Assembly (NCBI GenBank): GCA_965198225.1
Contig: CBDAOY010000009.1
Location: 1,056,001-1,120,000 of the forward strand
Direction: 5' to 3'
Source of the DNA: Terriglobia bacterium
Lineage (GTDB): Bacteria > Acidobacteriota > Terriglobia > 20CM-2-55-15
DNA length: 64,000 nucleotides
The position numbers and the translations under genes were made by a program. The notes beneath the pieces were generated by a model. It ran no database searches. It was given only the letters and a program-made list of their open reading frames with translations, and was not told the origin of the DNA. The number at the start of each line of letters is the position of its first letter. Position 1 is the stretch's first letter. Shown here one piece after another: positions 25,330 through 37,000 of this stretch.

Positions 25330-27315
25330 GTGAAGCGAATCCTATTTTCTCTCGTTTTGATGGCCTGTTTGCCGGCGCCAGCGTTCTCTCAGGGATTGCA
25401 GCTCGACGACTGGTACCGGCTCGATCGTCTCTCCGACGCACAGTTCGCTCCCGACGGTCAGTCGATCGCTTTCGTGGTCACACGGGCGGATCCCGAGCAG
25501 CAGCGCAACTTGTCTCACATCTGGTTGGTGGCGGCCGACGGCGAGAGCGAACCGTATCCGTTCACTACAGGTTCCGCGAGCGAGACGCACCCCCGATGGT
25601 CACCGGATGGAAAGCGCCTGGCCTTTCTCACCAGACGGGCAGAAGATGCGCGATCCCAGATCTACGTGCTGCAGGCAGGTGGGGGAGAGGCGGTTCGCGT
25701 CACGGATTTCGAGAATGGTGTGCAGGACTTTGTCTGGTCTCCCGACAGCACCCGGTTCGCGGTGGTCACCCGAACGGGCCCTCGAATGGATCCGAACGAT
25801 CCGCTTGCCGGCGTGATCGTGATCCGCACTGCCCGCTATGACCAGGATCGACGTGGCTACTTCGGAAACCTCCGTTCTCATATCTTTGTCGTCGGCGCGG
25901 CCACGGGGGAAAGCACTCAGATCACCGAGGGTGGGGACGACAACACGAACCCGGCCTGGTCTCCCGACGGGGAGTGGATCGCCTTCGTCTCCGATCGGAC
26001 CGGCCGTGCCTTCGAAGGCAGTCGCAACACCGACGTTTTCGTCGTTCCCGCGACCGGAGGCGAACCCCGGCGTATTTCTTCGCACGAAGGAGCCGACGGC
26101 AATCCGGTCTTTTCTCCGGACGGGGAATCGATCGCCTTTACGGGCGCAGTCGGGCGAACCGATCAATCCGATATCTGGATGGCGCCCGTTGGTGGCGGTA
26201 GGGCCGTCAACCTGACCGAGTCGTTCGACGAGCGCCTCGGCGCGTTTGTCTGGGTCGAAAAGGGAATCTTCTTCACCGCCAGGAGGCAGGGAACCACACC
26301 GCTGTTCAAGCTCGACGTGGCGGCCCGGGAGGCGGAGATCGTCGACGGTGAAGGAATGCGGGTCAACTCCTTCAGCATCTCCGACGCCGGAGACTGGGTC
26401 TACATCCAGGACGGCTTCCGGCATCCTGGCGACATCCACATCACCCGGGAAAACAACAGGCGTCGCTCGCGTCGCGTGACCGACTCTCACCGGGAACTGG
26501 TCCGGGAGCGCACGATGGTCGCCGCTGAAGAGTTCTGGTACGAAGCCGACGATGGCTTCGATATCCAGGGCTGGTTCGTCAAGCCGCTCGGGTTCGAGGA
26601 GGGCAGGGAGTACCCGCTCATTCTGCGCATCCACGGCGGGCCCGCCGGAATGTACGGCATCGCGTTCGATCACGAAGTCCAGGTCATGGCCGCCCGGGGG
26701 TACGCCATGGTCTACGTCAACCCACGGGGCAGTTCCGGTTACGGGCAGACCTTCGTCCGGGCCAACGATCAGGATTGGGGCGGGGGCGACTTTGGAGACA
26801 TCATGCAAGGCGTCGACACCGTCCTGGCCGAACACGACTGGATCGATGCCGACCGCATGGCCATCTACGGTTGCAGCTATGGTGGTTTTATGACAAGCCT
26901 GGCGATCACCCGGACCGACCGTTTCGCAGCCGCCGCACCCGAATGCATCATCTCGAACTGGATCAGTTTCTGGGGGACCTACGACAACGCCTACAACCAC
27001 GAAGTCGCCTGGGGCGGCTCCCCGTGGGAAGTCTACGATCTCATGTGGGAGCGCTCGCCGCTGAAGCACGCCCGGAACGTCAAGACGCCGGCGTTGTTCA
27101 TCCAGGGCGAGGCGGATGAACGAACGCCCGCCGATCAGGTCGAGCAGATGTTCCGCGCGTTGAAGCGTAACGGCGTGGATGCGGAGTTAGTGCGGTACCC
27201 CGGGGAGAACCACGGCCACTTTCAAAACGGAAAACCCGCCCATTACGTGGATCGGATCCGACGGATTCTTGCGTGGTTCGACAAGTACACCAATACGAAC
27301 CCGCCGTCGAACTGA
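25330..27315 (+). CDS. S9-family exported peptidase (acylaminoacyl-peptidase-like)
   Basis: AGGAGG RBS and GTG start, signal peptide, WSPDG repeats, IHGGP, GCSYGG, QGEAD and YPGENH motifs. Confidence 0.92.
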   Translation: MKRILFSLVLMACLPAPAFSQGLQLDDWYRLDRLSDAQFAPDGQSIAFVVTRADPEQQRNLSHIWLVAADGESEPYPFTTGSASETHPRWSPDGKRLAFLTRRAEDARSQIYVLQAGGGEAVRVTDFENGVQDFVWSPDSTRFAVVTRTGPRMDPNDPLAGVIVIRTARYDQDRRGYFGNLRSHIFVVGAATGESTQITEGGDDNTNPAWSPDGEWIAFVSDRTGRAFEGSRNTDVFVVPATGGEPRRISSHEGADGNPVFSPDGESIAFTGAVGRTDQSDIWMAPVGGGRAVNLTESFDERLGAFVWVEKGIFFTARRQGTTPLFKLDVAAREAEIVDGEGMRVNSFSISDAGDWVYIQDGFRHPGDIHITRENNRRRSRRVTDSHRELVRERTMVAAEEFWYEADDGFDIQGWFVKPLGFEEGREYPLILRIHGGPAGMYGIAFDHEVQVMAARGYAMVYVNPRGSSGYGQTFVRANDQDWGGGDFGDIMQGVDTVLAEHDWIDADRMAIYGCSYGGFMTSLAITRTDRFAAAAPECIISNWISFWGTYDNAYNHEVAWGGSPWEVYDLMWERSPLKHARNVKTPALFIQGEADERTPADQVEQMFRALKRNGVDAELVRYPGENHGHFQNGKPAHYVDRIRRILAWFDKYTNTNPPSN

Positions 27316-27346
27316 TCAAAGGGGCAGGCCCGATTTCCTTCAGCTT

Positions 27347-27419
27347 GGTGTAGGGGCGCTCTATGAGCGCACATCGTTTCGGAGCGAAGAATTGTGCGGT
27401 CATAGAGCGCACCTACACC
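27347..27419. repeat. REPIN (inverted REP doublet)
   Basis: GGTGTAGGGGCGCTCTATGAGCGCAC ... GTGCGGTCATAGAGCGCACCTACACC, between convergent genes. Confidence 0.85.
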
Positions 27420-27431
27420 GAGAACGCGCCC

Positions 27432-27881
27432 CTAGCCCGGCGGTTTGAAGTAGAGCACCATTCCCGCGCCGCCCGCGGCGAACAGGAAACCCAGGTACAG
27501 CAGGGGATTCGGCGAAGTCTCGGGAGGGTGTAGCCACATCGAGACGACGACGTTCACGAGCGGCGCCCCTCCGAAGACGATCGGCATCACGTAGGTCGGC
27601 ACTCCGCCCGCCCGGAATGCGTAGATGATGCAGACCGCCCCGATGGCCCCCAGTGCGCCGGCGAAGGTCGCCATCGTGGCGCCCTGCCGTGTGAATCCAC
27701 TCAATTCACCCGACGTGGAGAGTGAAGCAACCGGCACAAGCACGCCGATCAAGAAATAGGCCAGGCCGACGCACAGCAGCGCGCGAAGCGGGTTGCCCAG
27801 GGCCACCTGCCCCTGGTGGAGCGTCGGTCCATACATTCCCCAGGACACCACAGCTCCCAGGGCAAAAATTAACCAGAACAT
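27432..27881 (-). CDS. Small multi-TM membrane protein, probably DMT/EamA-like
   Basis: About 149 aa with about 5 hydrophobic helices; GAGGA RBS before ATG 27881. Confidence 0.7.
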   Translation of the reverse strand: MFWLIFALGAVVSWGMYGPTLHQGQVALGNPLRALLCVGLAYFLIGVLVPVASLSTSGELSGFTRQGATMATFAGALGAIGAVCIIYAFRAGGVPTYVMPIVFGGAPLVNVVVSMWLHPPETSPNPLLYLGFLFAAGGAGMVLYFKPPG

Positions 27882-27900
27882 TGATTTTCCTCGTGGTTTG

Positions 27901-27935
27901 TGGCTATTGCTCATTGGCGATTAGCGATCAGCTGT
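27901..27935. repeat. Degenerate heptamer array
   Basis: TGGCTAT TGCTCAT TGGCGAT TAGCGAT CAGCTGT. Confidence 0.4.
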
Positions 27936-28092
27936 TTCCCGTTCTGTATCCATTCATGTGGGGAATCGTTCCCATTTCGAAAACGGAGAGGGGTGGCCGG
28001 CGGCCCCGACCTCCCTCTTACCCTGTTCAGGTTTTGGATCTTACCGGAGGGAACGTGTGCGGGGCTTCCCAGTACGCTTCTACGGGGAATCG

Positions 28093-29136
28093 CTACCGGG
28101 GCGGCGGCCCCTGATTCAACATCTGCTTCAGATCATCGACCCGCTTCTGGTACGCCTCGAGGTTCGTGTCGTCCGGATGCTCCGCCAGATACGTCTCCAA
28201 CTGCTCCAGAGCCAGGAAAGGTCGTCTCGACCTCATGTAGACGTTGACCAGCTGGAGTCGGGCCGGGCCGGAGGTCTCTGGCGCGATCGACACCGAGCGC
28301 AACAGGCTTTCCTCGGCTTTCGCGTATGCCCCCATCTTGTAATAGGCCGAGCCGATGTAGAAACTGTCGTCGGCGGAGGCCGCCCCCAGTTCGATCCGGC
28401 CCGATAGCGCTCCCACCGCGGCGGGGAACTGCCCGGTTTCATAGTACAGCCGCCCGAGCCAGCTCAGGCCGTCCGCCGCCGACGGATTGATTTCGACGGC
28501 TTTCTTCAGGGACACGATCGCCTGTTCGGCGTCGCCGGCGCGCTGGTGCGCGAAGCCCAAGTCGAGGTGTGCGTCGTAGTAATCGGGGGCCATCTCCAGT
28601 GCTTCTTCCAGACGGTCGATGCCCTTGTCCTCTTTGCCCTTCTGAAACTCTTCGAGGGCATCCTCGTACTTCTCGAATGCTTTCTTCGGGATTTTGACGC
28701 GCAAAGCTGTAACGTCCGCAACCGGGTCACCGCCTTCTGCGACTGTTCGTGGAAACAGTGAGACAGTGACTTGGATCATCGCGAACGTGCTGTTGTCCAC
28801 GATGACTCGTTGCCGGATATAGTTGTAGCGCTCGCTTTCGATGACGATCCAGTAAGTGCCGTATCGGACGTTGTTGAACCGGAAGAGGCCGTTGGTGGTT
28901 GCCTGCATCCGGCCGATCACGGTCGATTCGTCGGACCCGCGTAATTCGACGTCGACCAATGCTGGTTCGGCTCCAGCTTCCCAGGTGATCTGGCCCTCCA
29001 ATGGAAAGCCGCCTTCGACGCTTTGACGGACCGATGCGGGCAGAATCGCGTCGCGTGGGATCTCGAATGGGACTCGAGGCTGTTGAACAGGCTGTTGAAC
29101 AGACAAGAGAGCCATGAAGAGATAAACGATCATCAT
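28093..29136 (-). CDS. Exported TPR protein with N-terminal carboxypeptidase-regulatory-like domain
   Basis: Hydrophobic N-terminus, GLFRFNNVRYGTY beta-sandwich motif, several TPRs. Confidence 0.82.
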   Translation of the reverse strand: MMIVYLFMALLSVQQPVQQPRVPFEIPRDAILPASVRQSVEGGFPLEGQITWEAGAEPALVDVELRGSDESTVIGRMQATTNGLFRFNNVRYGTYWIVIESERYNYIRQRVIVDNSTFAMIQVTVSLFPRTVAEGGDPVADVTALRVKIPKKAFEKYEDALEEFQKGKEDKGIDRLEEALEMAPDYYDAHLDLGFAHQRAGDAEQAIVSLKKAVEINPSAADGLSWLGRLYYETGQFPAAVGALSGRIELGAASADDSFYIGSAYYKMGAYAKAEESLLRSVSIAPETSGPARLQLVNVYMRSRRPFLALEQLETYLAEHPDDTNLEAYQKRVDDLKQMLNQGPPPR

Positions 29137-29268
29137 CCTAACCAGTTGTTTTGAGAGCCTTTTGTTTTCGACATGCTACACCCTGTCCTATCCGGAGCCA
29201 ACGGATTTACCGCCGAAAGGCGAGCACCGCCAGGAATTGAACGCGGATCGCGTACCGAACACCTTCTT

Positions 29269-30507
29269 TCAGTTCAGCGTCCACAGCGTCAGCGTCGAGA
29301 CATCTTTGACGAAGATACGGTTCCCTGCGATGGTCGGGTGGGCCCAGGTCGCGCTGTCGGCGACGGTATACAGCCGAAGGGGGGTGAGCCCGTTGCGGCC
29401 CGCGCGTGCGACCCTCAGTTCCGCATCGTATTCCAGCATGAACAACAGGTCGCCTGCTCCGAGGATCGCGGCGTTGGTGGCCTGCCGCCCTTCGCTCGTC
29501 CACAGGGTCGTTCCGGTCTCCGCATCGAGAGCGAAGTACTGGCCGCTGTTTCGATGCGATAGCCCGAAAAGCACGCCGCCGACGACAACGCCGTTCGTCA
29601 TGTAGAGAGAAAACGCCGGGTTTTCCCAGATGTTCTCGGTGACCCATCCGTTATCTCGACGGAGCACGGTGAAAGCCGTGGTCGGGTTACCGAGACCCGA
29701 CACGATGACCGAGCGGCCATGGAGAATCGGCGTGATCGTGTTTTGCGTCGACCGGGTCGTAAACGGCCGTCGCCAGAGCAGCTCGCCGGTCGATGCCGAA
29801 ACGCCGATCAGGTTCTCCTGGGTGAAGGTGATCACGTGTCTCAGACCGTCGAACTCCGCGATGACCGGTGACCCGTAGGCCGGGCCGTCTCCATCCCAAC
29901 TCCATTCCACGGTTCCGGTCTCACGGTTGAAAGCCGTCAGGGCGCCTCGATCGTGTCCACCGACGTGCACGATCACCCGCTCGCCGTCGACAAGCGGTGA
30001 CATCGACGTCCCATAGAGCGGTCCGACGCGATCGGCTTCCGTTCGCCAGAGGTGTTCACCGGAGTTCGCATCGAACGCGCTCACGATGCCGCTCATGCCC
30101 AGCGTGTAGAGCCGGTCCTCGGCGAAGGTTGGCGTTGCCTTGGGGCCCGGCCCGTGACGGCGGGCCGCCGGATTCATCCTGAATGGCGCCGCATAGCCCG
30201 TTTGCCAGATCACATCGCCGGTCGCGGCGTCGAGCGCCATCATGACTTCGTCTTCGTCCTGGCGGGCGTGCATGTAGATGCGGTCGCCCACGAGAATCGG
30301 CGTGGCGTAGCCGGACCCAACCTCGACCGTCCATTCCTGATTCAGGCTCTCGGGCCACGAAGCCGGTTCGCGAAACGAAATCACGACGCCATCCCGGTTC
30401 GGTCCGCGCCACTGCGGCCAGTCCTGGGCCATTAAAACGTCACCGGCGATTGTCAATGCGCAGACCACGCTGATCAGCGCCAGGACGGATCGTTCTCGTA
30501 TCGTCAT
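29269..30507 (-). CDS. Exported PQQ-like/BamB-like beta-propeller protein
   Basis: Signal peptide, DWPQWRGPNRDG motif, propeller repeats. Confidence 0.88.
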   Translation of the reverse strand: MTIRERSVLALISVVCALTIAGDVLMAQDWPQWRGPNRDGVVISFREPASWPESLNQEWTVEVGSGYATPILVGDRIYMHARQDEDEVMMALDAATGDVIWQTGYAAPFRMNPAARRHGPGPKATPTFAEDRLYTLGMSGIVSAFDANSGEHLWRTEADRVGPLYGTSMSPLVDGERVIVHVGGHDRGALTAFNRETGTVEWSWDGDGPAYGSPVIAEFDGLRHVITFTQENLIGVSASTGELLWRRPFTTRSTQNTITPILHGRSVIVSGLGNPTTAFTVLRRDNGWVTENIWENPAFSLYMTNGVVVGGVLFGLSHRNSGQYFALDAETGTTLWTSEGRQATNAAILGAGDLLFMLEYDAELRVARAGRNGLTPLRLYTVADSATWAHPTIAGNRIFVKDVSTLTLWTLN

Positions 30508-30519
30508 TCAGCCTCTCCG

Positions 30520-31851
30520 TCAGTCGGGTAGGTCCTTGGCCGGTTCCGGCAACATGGTGCTTGCGATGAGCCCGACGGCGTACACAACCAGTGCTACGGT
30601 GGCCGCGGCGTATGCAAGGCGCGTGAATGGTGTCGGAGCCGGCATGTAGGTTGCGAGCTGCGTCGTCACGACGGCCGCAAATGTGCCGAACATGCGACCG
30701 CCGACATTCGCAGCGAAACTCTCACCGGTACCGCGCAGGTGTGTGGGGTAGACGCGGGGCAGGTAGTTGCCCCAGAAACTCATCTGGCCGACGGTGAGCA
30801 CTCCCGCAACCAACGCTCCCCATTTCAGTAGGTCCAGGTTGTTTACGGCCGGGAAGAAGAAGACCAGGGGAATGATCGCCACACCGGGTAGCAGGAAGAT
30901 ACGGATGAGTCGCACCCGGCTCAGGATGCGAATCGCGAGGAACGCCAGCAGGAGGCGTCCTGCCAGACCACCGCTTTCCTGGAAGAATTGGACGGCGCTG
31001 ACGACTTGCTGCTGCTGCTGAACCGGGAGGTCGACCACGCCCGGAAGCCCGGGCACGATTCGCGGCAGATGCTGCAGTGCGCCGAAAGCCGCGCCGTAGG
31101 TGCACGCCACCATCACCGCCGTCACGATCGTTGTCCTGCGGTAGGCCGGCGCGAACAGTTCGAAGATACTCGGCCGTTTCAAGGTGCCGGCGGCGCGTTT
31201 CTCCCGCCAGATCGGCGACTCAGGAAGGAAGGGCCGGATGATGATCAGGGGAATCGCGGGTATGAGCCCCGAGATCAGCGTATACCGCCAGGCGTCGTGG
31301 CCTCCGTAGATTGCGGGGAACGCATCCCCGTACGTTACCGCCATGTAATAGGCGCCGGTGACCATCAGCCCGCCGAAGGAGGAAAACGCCTGTGTGTAAC
31401 CCAGGACCGATTCCCGCTGTTTACGGTGGGTGAACAGCTCCGCAAGCCAAGTGATGCCCGCGACGAACTCGACGCTGACTCCGATGAACGTCGTGCACCG
31501 CAGTACCAGCAACATCGCAGCGGAGGTGGCGAAGCCCGCCGCGAAAGCTGAAAACGCATAAAGCAGGATGCTCCAGAGGAGGACCTGAAGCCGTCCGAAT
31601 CGATCGGTGAGGTAGCCACCCAGCAGGCCGAAGATACCGCCGCACACGGCGGGGACGTAGAAGAGCAGGCCAACCCACGTGTTGAACTCCGGTGTGCCGG
31701 GCGCGATGCCCTCCAGCGCCATCAACGCCGGCCGCACGATGAGCGGCAGCATCAGGAGTTCGTAGATGTCGAAGGCGAATCCCATCGCGGCGACGCCGCA
31801 GATGAGCCACTGCTGCCCGGTGAGTTTAGGAGCGATCGCGTCGTCAGCCAT
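30520..31851 (-). CDS. MFS transporter
   Basis: About 12 TM; motif A GYLTDRFGR; YPTHLRGTG. Confidence 0.92.
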   Translation of the reverse strand: MADDAIAPKLTGQQWLICGVAAMGFAFDIYELLMLPLIVRPALMALEGIAPGTPEFNTWVGLLFYVPAVCGGIFGLLGGYLTDRFGRLQVLLWSILLYAFSAFAAGFATSAAMLLVLRCTTFIGVSVEFVAGITWLAELFTHRKQRESVLGYTQAFSSFGGLMVTGAYYMAVTYGDAFPAIYGGHDAWRYTLISGLIPAIPLIIIRPFLPESPIWREKRAAGTLKRPSIFELFAPAYRRTTIVTAVMVACTYGAAFGALQHLPRIVPGLPGVVDLPVQQQQQVVSAVQFFQESGGLAGRLLLAFLAIRILSRVRLIRIFLLPGVAIIPLVFFFPAVNNLDLLKWGALVAGVLTVGQMSFWGNYLPRVYPTHLRGTGESFAANVGGRMFGTFAAVVTTQLATYMPAPTPFTRLAYAAATVALVVYAVGLIASTMLPEPAKDLPD

Positions 31852-31879
31852 TCCTGTACCCCTCGAAGAGTATCGCCGG

Positions 31880-31955
31880 ACTCTAACACAGCCAACCGTA
31901 GACCAACCACCCTCCCAGGGTTTTTTGCAAAGCCTCGGAGAGCGTTTGCTACACT
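31880..31955. promoter_or_regulatory. Divergent pair of extended -10 elements
   Basis: TGtTAGAGT on minus (31880-31888) toward the MFS gene; TGcTACACT on plus (31947-31955) toward the DUF3311/SSS pair. Confidence 0.5.
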
Positions 31956-31984
31956 TCTACGATTCTTCGAGGATCGTCGAGTCG

Positions 31985-32224
31985 ATGGTAAAAAGACGGC
32001 TTCTGTATGCGGCCCTGCTGCTGGTGGCTCTGTTGCACCAGGACTTCTGGTTCTGGAGCGACCGAACGCTGGTCTTCGGGGTTCTTCCGATCGGGTTGTT
32101 GTATCACGTGATCTACACGCTGGCTGTCGTCGGCCTCATGTGGCTCCTGGCCGAGTATGCCTGGCCCGTTCATCTCGATGAGGACACCCCCTCGACCACC
32201 TCCGCTCCGGAAGAAACTCCGTAG
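31985..32224 (+). CDS. Small 2-TM protein, DUF3311-like partner of sodium:solute symporter
   Basis: 79 aa, LHQDFWFW..LVFGVLPIGLLYH; ends 6 bp before the SSS gene. Confidence 0.75.
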   Translation: MVKRRLLYAALLLVALLHQDFWFWSDRTLVFGVLPIGLLYHVIYTLAVVGLMWLLAEYAWPVHLDEDTPSTTSAPEETP

Positions 32225-32230
32225 ACGCCG

Positions 32231-33847
32231 ATGATTCCAACCATCTTTATCTTCCTCTATCTCACCGGCGCCCTCTCCATCGGTCTGTTGGCGTTCCGCC
32301 GCGCACGGAAAGCGAACGTGGAAGACTTCTTCCTCGCGGGCCGTTCGATCGGGTCGTTCGTGTTCGTCCTGTCGCTTTTCGGCACCCACATGACGGCATT
32401 CTCGATCCTCGGTGCGTCCGGCTTTTCGTTCACCAACGGGATCATGACCTTTGGCCTGATGGCCTCGTCGTCTGCGCTCGTCGTGCCGGTGCTGCTCTTC
32501 TTCATCGGCACGCGGTTGTGGGCCCTGGGCAAGCGCCACGGTTTCATGACGCCCGTGCAGATGTTCCGCGACCGTTGGGAGTGTTCCCATACCGGGACAC
32601 TGATCTTCGCAGTGCAGGCGGCGCTGCTTGTGCCCTACATCATCATCGGTGTGATGGGCGGAGGCACGACGCTCGAAGTGATCAGCGGTGGCCGGGTTCC
32701 CTACTGGGCGGGGGGCTTGCTCGTCGCTCTGGTGGTCATGAGCTACGTGTTTTTGGGAGGCATGCGGGGTACCGCGTGGGTGAACACGTTCCAGACTCTG
32801 CTGTTCCTGGTCTTCGGGACCCTCGCCGTCTTCGTCATCGGGCGGGGGATGGGTGGCTTCGGAACCGTCATGGAGCGGTTGCTCGATTCACCGTCAACCG
32901 CAAGCCTGCTCAGCCACGAAAACGTCGCTCCGCTTTTCTTCTTGAGCTACATGTTCATCCCGCTGTCGGCGATTGCGTTCCCGCACATCGGAATCTTCTG
33001 CCTCACGGCCCGCCGGATGAAGCAGTTCAAGCACACGATGATCTTCTACCCGCTGTGTATCCTGGCCGTATGGGTGCCGAGCGTCTACCTGGGCGTTGCA
33101 GCCAACGGGGCGGTGGACATTCCGGCGATTCAGGAGAAGCTCCAGGCGCGTGCCCAGCTCGCCGAACAGGGTGCCCTCATCTCGCCCGCCGAACGCCAGG
33201 CCCTTGCGGGGGCGGCGCGGGGGGACGATGTGCTCATCCGGCTGCTGGATCGTTATGCTTCGGTCTGGCTCGCAGGTTTGCTCGGTGCGGGAATCATGGC
33301 GGCCGTGATGGCCAGCGACTCACAGATCCTGGCGCTGTCGACGATGTTCGCGGAAGACATTTTCGCCTACTACGGGGCCAGGGAACGATTCGGCGAACGG
33401 GTTCAGATCCTGACGGCGCGGGCTTTCGTCATCGCGTTAACCTCCATCGCTTACCTGATTGCCCTTCGCGCGCCGGGGTCGATCTTCACCCTGGCCGTCC
33501 AGTACGCCTTCACCGGCTATGCCGCCCTCTCGCCTCTACTGGTAGCGGCCATCTACTGGCGGGGAAGCACGAAGTGGGGCGCACTGGCCAGCACCGCCTG
33601 GGTTGCCTCCTCCGTCGTCGCTGTCGCACTTTTTCAGCAGTTCGTACCCGCTCCTGCAGGTCTTCCGACTCTCGTTTTCTCGTTGGCAGGGATGGAGGTC
33701 CTGGTCCGTACCGCCGGCGGCACCGCTGTCCTGGGATTGATGCCGGTCGTACCGATCACGGTAATTTCCGCCCTGGTTCTGATCGGCGTTTCTGCGGTGA
33801 CTCCAAAGCCGTCGGATTCCACGCTCGCACGGTATTTCGACAAGTGA
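32231..33847 (+). CDS. Sodium:solute symporter family protein
   Basis: [11 protein letters not shown] and [13 protein letters not shown] motifs; about 13 TM. Confidence 0.92.
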   Translation: MIPTIFIFLYLTGALSIGLLAFRRARKANVEDFFLAGRSIGSFVFVLSLFGTHMTAFSILGASGFSFTNGIMTFGLMASSSALVVPVLLFFIGTRLWALGKRHGFMTPVQMFRDRWECSHTGTLIFAVQAALLVPYIIIGVMGGGTTLEVISGGRVPYWAGGLLVALVVMSYVFLGGMRGTAWVNTFQTLLFLVFGTLAVFVIGRGMGGFGTVMERLLDSPSTASLLSHENVAPLFFLSYMFIPLSAIAFPHIGIFCLTARRMKQFKHTMIFYPLCILAVWVPSVYLGVAANGAVDIPAIQEKLQARAQLAEQGALISPAERQALAGAARGDDVLIRLLDRYASVWLAGLLGAGIMAAVMASDSQILALSTMFAEDIFAYYGARERFGERVQILTARAFVIALTSIAYLIALRAPGSIFTLAVQYAFTGYAALSPLLVAAIYWRGSTKWGALASTAWVASSVVAVALFQQFVPAPAGLPTLVFSLAGMEVLVRTAGGTAVLGLMPVVPITVISALVLIGVSAVTPKPSDSTLARYFDK

Positions 33848-33859
33848 CGAGTGACGACA

Positions 33860-33912
33860 ACCATCCGTCTGCGCCTTTGGCGCATCCACCCTTCCTTATC
33901 CAAGGACGGGAG
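33860..33912. repeat. Degenerate double-hairpin extragenic element
   Basis: TGCGCC-TTT-GGCGCA followed by CCCTTCCTT-ATCC-AAGGACGGG; single copy in this window. Confidence 0.4.
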
Positions 33913-33935
33913 TGGGTTCTCCTCATTACAGGCTT

Positions 33936-33977
33936 TACCGACTACCGACTACTGACTACTGACTACTGATTTCTGGT
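33936..33977. repeat. Heptamer tandem repeat
   Basis: TACCGAC TACCGAC TACTGAC TACTGAC TACTGAT TTCTGGT. Confidence 0.8.
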
Positions 33978-34050
33978 ATCTTTTCCGCTACAGTCGTCCG
34001 TTAATTAATCAACGGAGTGGGACGTGAACCTTTCCGTTCAGAGGAGATCG

Positions 34051-37000
34051 ATGAAACTACGACGGGTTGCGACAGGTGTTTGCCTCGTCGCCCTGATACT
34101 GGCCACCTCGAGTGTCGCCGTGGCGCAGACTGTGCGCGGCTCGGTTTCCGGAGTGGTTCGGGATCCGTCCGGCGCCGTCGTTCCCGGCGCTGAAGTTGTC
34201 TTGAGACAACCGGACACAAACCGTACACGGACTCTCTCATCCGACCCGGAAGGCGAATTCGCTTTTGCGCTGCTGCCACCGGGAGGCTATGAATTGGAGA
34301 TTCGCCGCGAGGGGTTCCACGTCGGCAACCACTCGCTTGTCCTGCAGCTCAACCAGAATGTCCGGATCGAGCACGAGTTGGCCGTTGCCGGCGCTGCCGA
34401 AGTCGTCGAGATTGTCGAAGGTGAGTTTCTCCGAGTCGATACCGCGTCGCGCAGTACAGTCATCGACAATCGACAGGTGACTCAGCTTCCCCTCGATGGG
34501 CGGAACTTCTTCGAGCTGAGCCTGCTGGTTCCGGGAAGCGCCCCTGCCGCACAAGGTTCTGCGGGCTCGGTACGCGGCGACTTTTCAATCCACGTCAGCG
34601 GCAGCAGGGAAGACTCCAACCTGTTTCTTCTCGACGGTGTTTACAACGGCGATCCGAAACTCAATGGTGTGGGTGTGAATCCACCTGTGGACGCGATTCA
34701 CGAGTTCGAAGTGCTCGGTGTCAACCACCCCGCTTCCTTCGGCCGCAATTCCGGCGGTCAGGTAAACGTCGCCCTCAAATCCGGAAGCAACGAGGTGCAC
34801 GGTACGGTCTTTCAGTTCTTCCGCAACGCGGCTCTGGACGCGCGCAACCGTTTTGCTCCGGCCGGTGAGCCTGATCCCAAGTTCCAGCGGAATCAGTTTG
34901 GCTTCACGCTCGGGGGGCCGATCCGCCGCGATCGAACGTTCTTCTTCGGCGACTACGAAGGACGCATTCTCCGGGAAGGTATCACACGGCTCGCCTCGGT
35001 CCCGACTGCGGCTGAGCGTGCCGGCGATTTCACTGCCAGCAGGCTGCCGGTTCCGAACGTGCCGGGCGTGGGACCGTTGCCGCAGATACCAGGCTTTTTC
35101 CAACACCCGGTTGGCCAGGCGATCGCCGCGCTCTACCCTTTGCCGAACCGCGCCTCACCCGGAGCGAACTTCGTGAGCTCGCCGACACTCGGCGACGACG
35201 AGCACCACTTTGATGTGCGCATCGACCACGCCTTTACTCCGAGCTCCGAGTTCTCTGCGCGCTACAGTTTTGCCGACCGTGACCTTGTCGAGCCCTTTTC
35301 GGGACCGACCTTCTCATTCGTGCCCAACTACGGTAATCAGGTGCTGCGCCGGGCCCAGAACCTGATGCTGGGAGAGACCCATGTTTTTTCGCCCGCATGG
35401 ATCAACGAGGCTCGCTTTGCGTTCCATCGAGTGGCTATCGGCGTCAACCAGGAAGGGCAGGGCACGAGTCTCAACAGCCAGGTCGGACTGCCGGACATCT
35501 CGACCAAGCCGCGAGACTCGGGCCTGAGCTTCATCCGTATCAGCGGACTTTCGCCGCTGGGTCACGAGTTCAACAACCCCCAGGCCAGCGAGTCGAACAC
35601 GTTCCAGTTGATCGACCAGGTCAGTTACGTGAGGGGGCGTCACAACATCAGGTTCGGTGGCGAGTTCCGCGCCATGCGGCAGGACGCTTTCCGTGACGTT
35701 CAATCGCGAGGCATCCTCCAGTTTCTGGGGGTGTTCACCGGTAATCCGCTGGCCGACTTGCTGATGGGTCTGCCGACGGTCACGGGCGTTGCGCAGCTGG
35801 ACAACCCCCAACGGCTTCGGTCCGAGAGCTTCGCCGGCTTCTTCCAGGACAGCTACAGGATCCGGCCCGAACTGACTCTGACGGCCGGGCTGCGCTATGA
35901 GTACACCTCGCCACCGGTCGACGCGGAGGATCGCGCCAACCTGTACGATCCGTCGACGGGCGGACTCGTCCCGGTCGGTACGGGAGGAGTTCCGCGGAGC
36001 GGCTATTTCGACGACCGCAACAACCTTGCTCCCAGCATCGGGCTGGCATGGGCGCCGGGCAGCGGCGATACGGTCCTCCGAGGGGGCTACGGGATCTACT
36101 ACGATCAATCGGCCCTCGCTCCCGGCGAAGGGCTGTATTTCAACGCGCCGTACTTCGACTTCGGGCTGTTCTTCTCGATTCCCCCGCAGGGACCGTTCCC
36201 GGGATTCACCCTGACGTTGACCGATCCGTTTCCCCTCGACACGTTCCCTTTCCCGACGCCGGCTTCAGCGCTGACGTTCGATCGCAATCTGCGAACGCCG
36301 TATGCCCAGCACTGGAATTTCGGGATACAACGGAGCCTGGGAGACACGCGCAGCCTCGAACTCGCGTACGTCGGGACGAAGGGCACGCGATTGATCGGAG
36401 CGCGCGACAGCAACCAGCCTGCGCCTTCGACTGCTCCGCGCAACCGTCGCCCGAATCCGCTGTTCGACGACATCGTTCAAGTCGAATCGCGATCGAGCTC
36501 CATCTACCACGCGCTCCAATCCCGTTTCCAGGAACGCCTCTGGTGCGGCATGACGATGCTGGCCTCCTACACCTGGTCGAAATCACTCGATGACGCGTCG
36601 GGGTTCTTCGCGACTTCGGCCGACCCGAACTTTCCGCAGGACTCGAACAACCTGGCAGCCGAACGCGCGCGGTCGAACTTCGACGTGCGGCACCGCTTCT
36701 CGCTGGCCTACAACTATGACATCCCGCTCGGTTCGTTCGCGGCGAGCTCATTGGCGCGCCACATCTTCGGAGGTTGGCAGACGAACGGCATCCTGGCCCT
36801 TCAGAGCGGACGACCGTTCACGGTGGCGCTGCTGCCGGAGCTGGACAACAGCAACACGGGTCGTTCTGTTCTGGGGTTTGGAGCCAACGACCGGCCGAAT
36901 CTGATCGGCAACCCGGGGATCTCCGACCCCTCTTCCGACGCCTGGTTCGACACGAGGGCTTTTGCGATGCCTCCGTTCGGCAGCTTCGGCAGCGCGGGGC

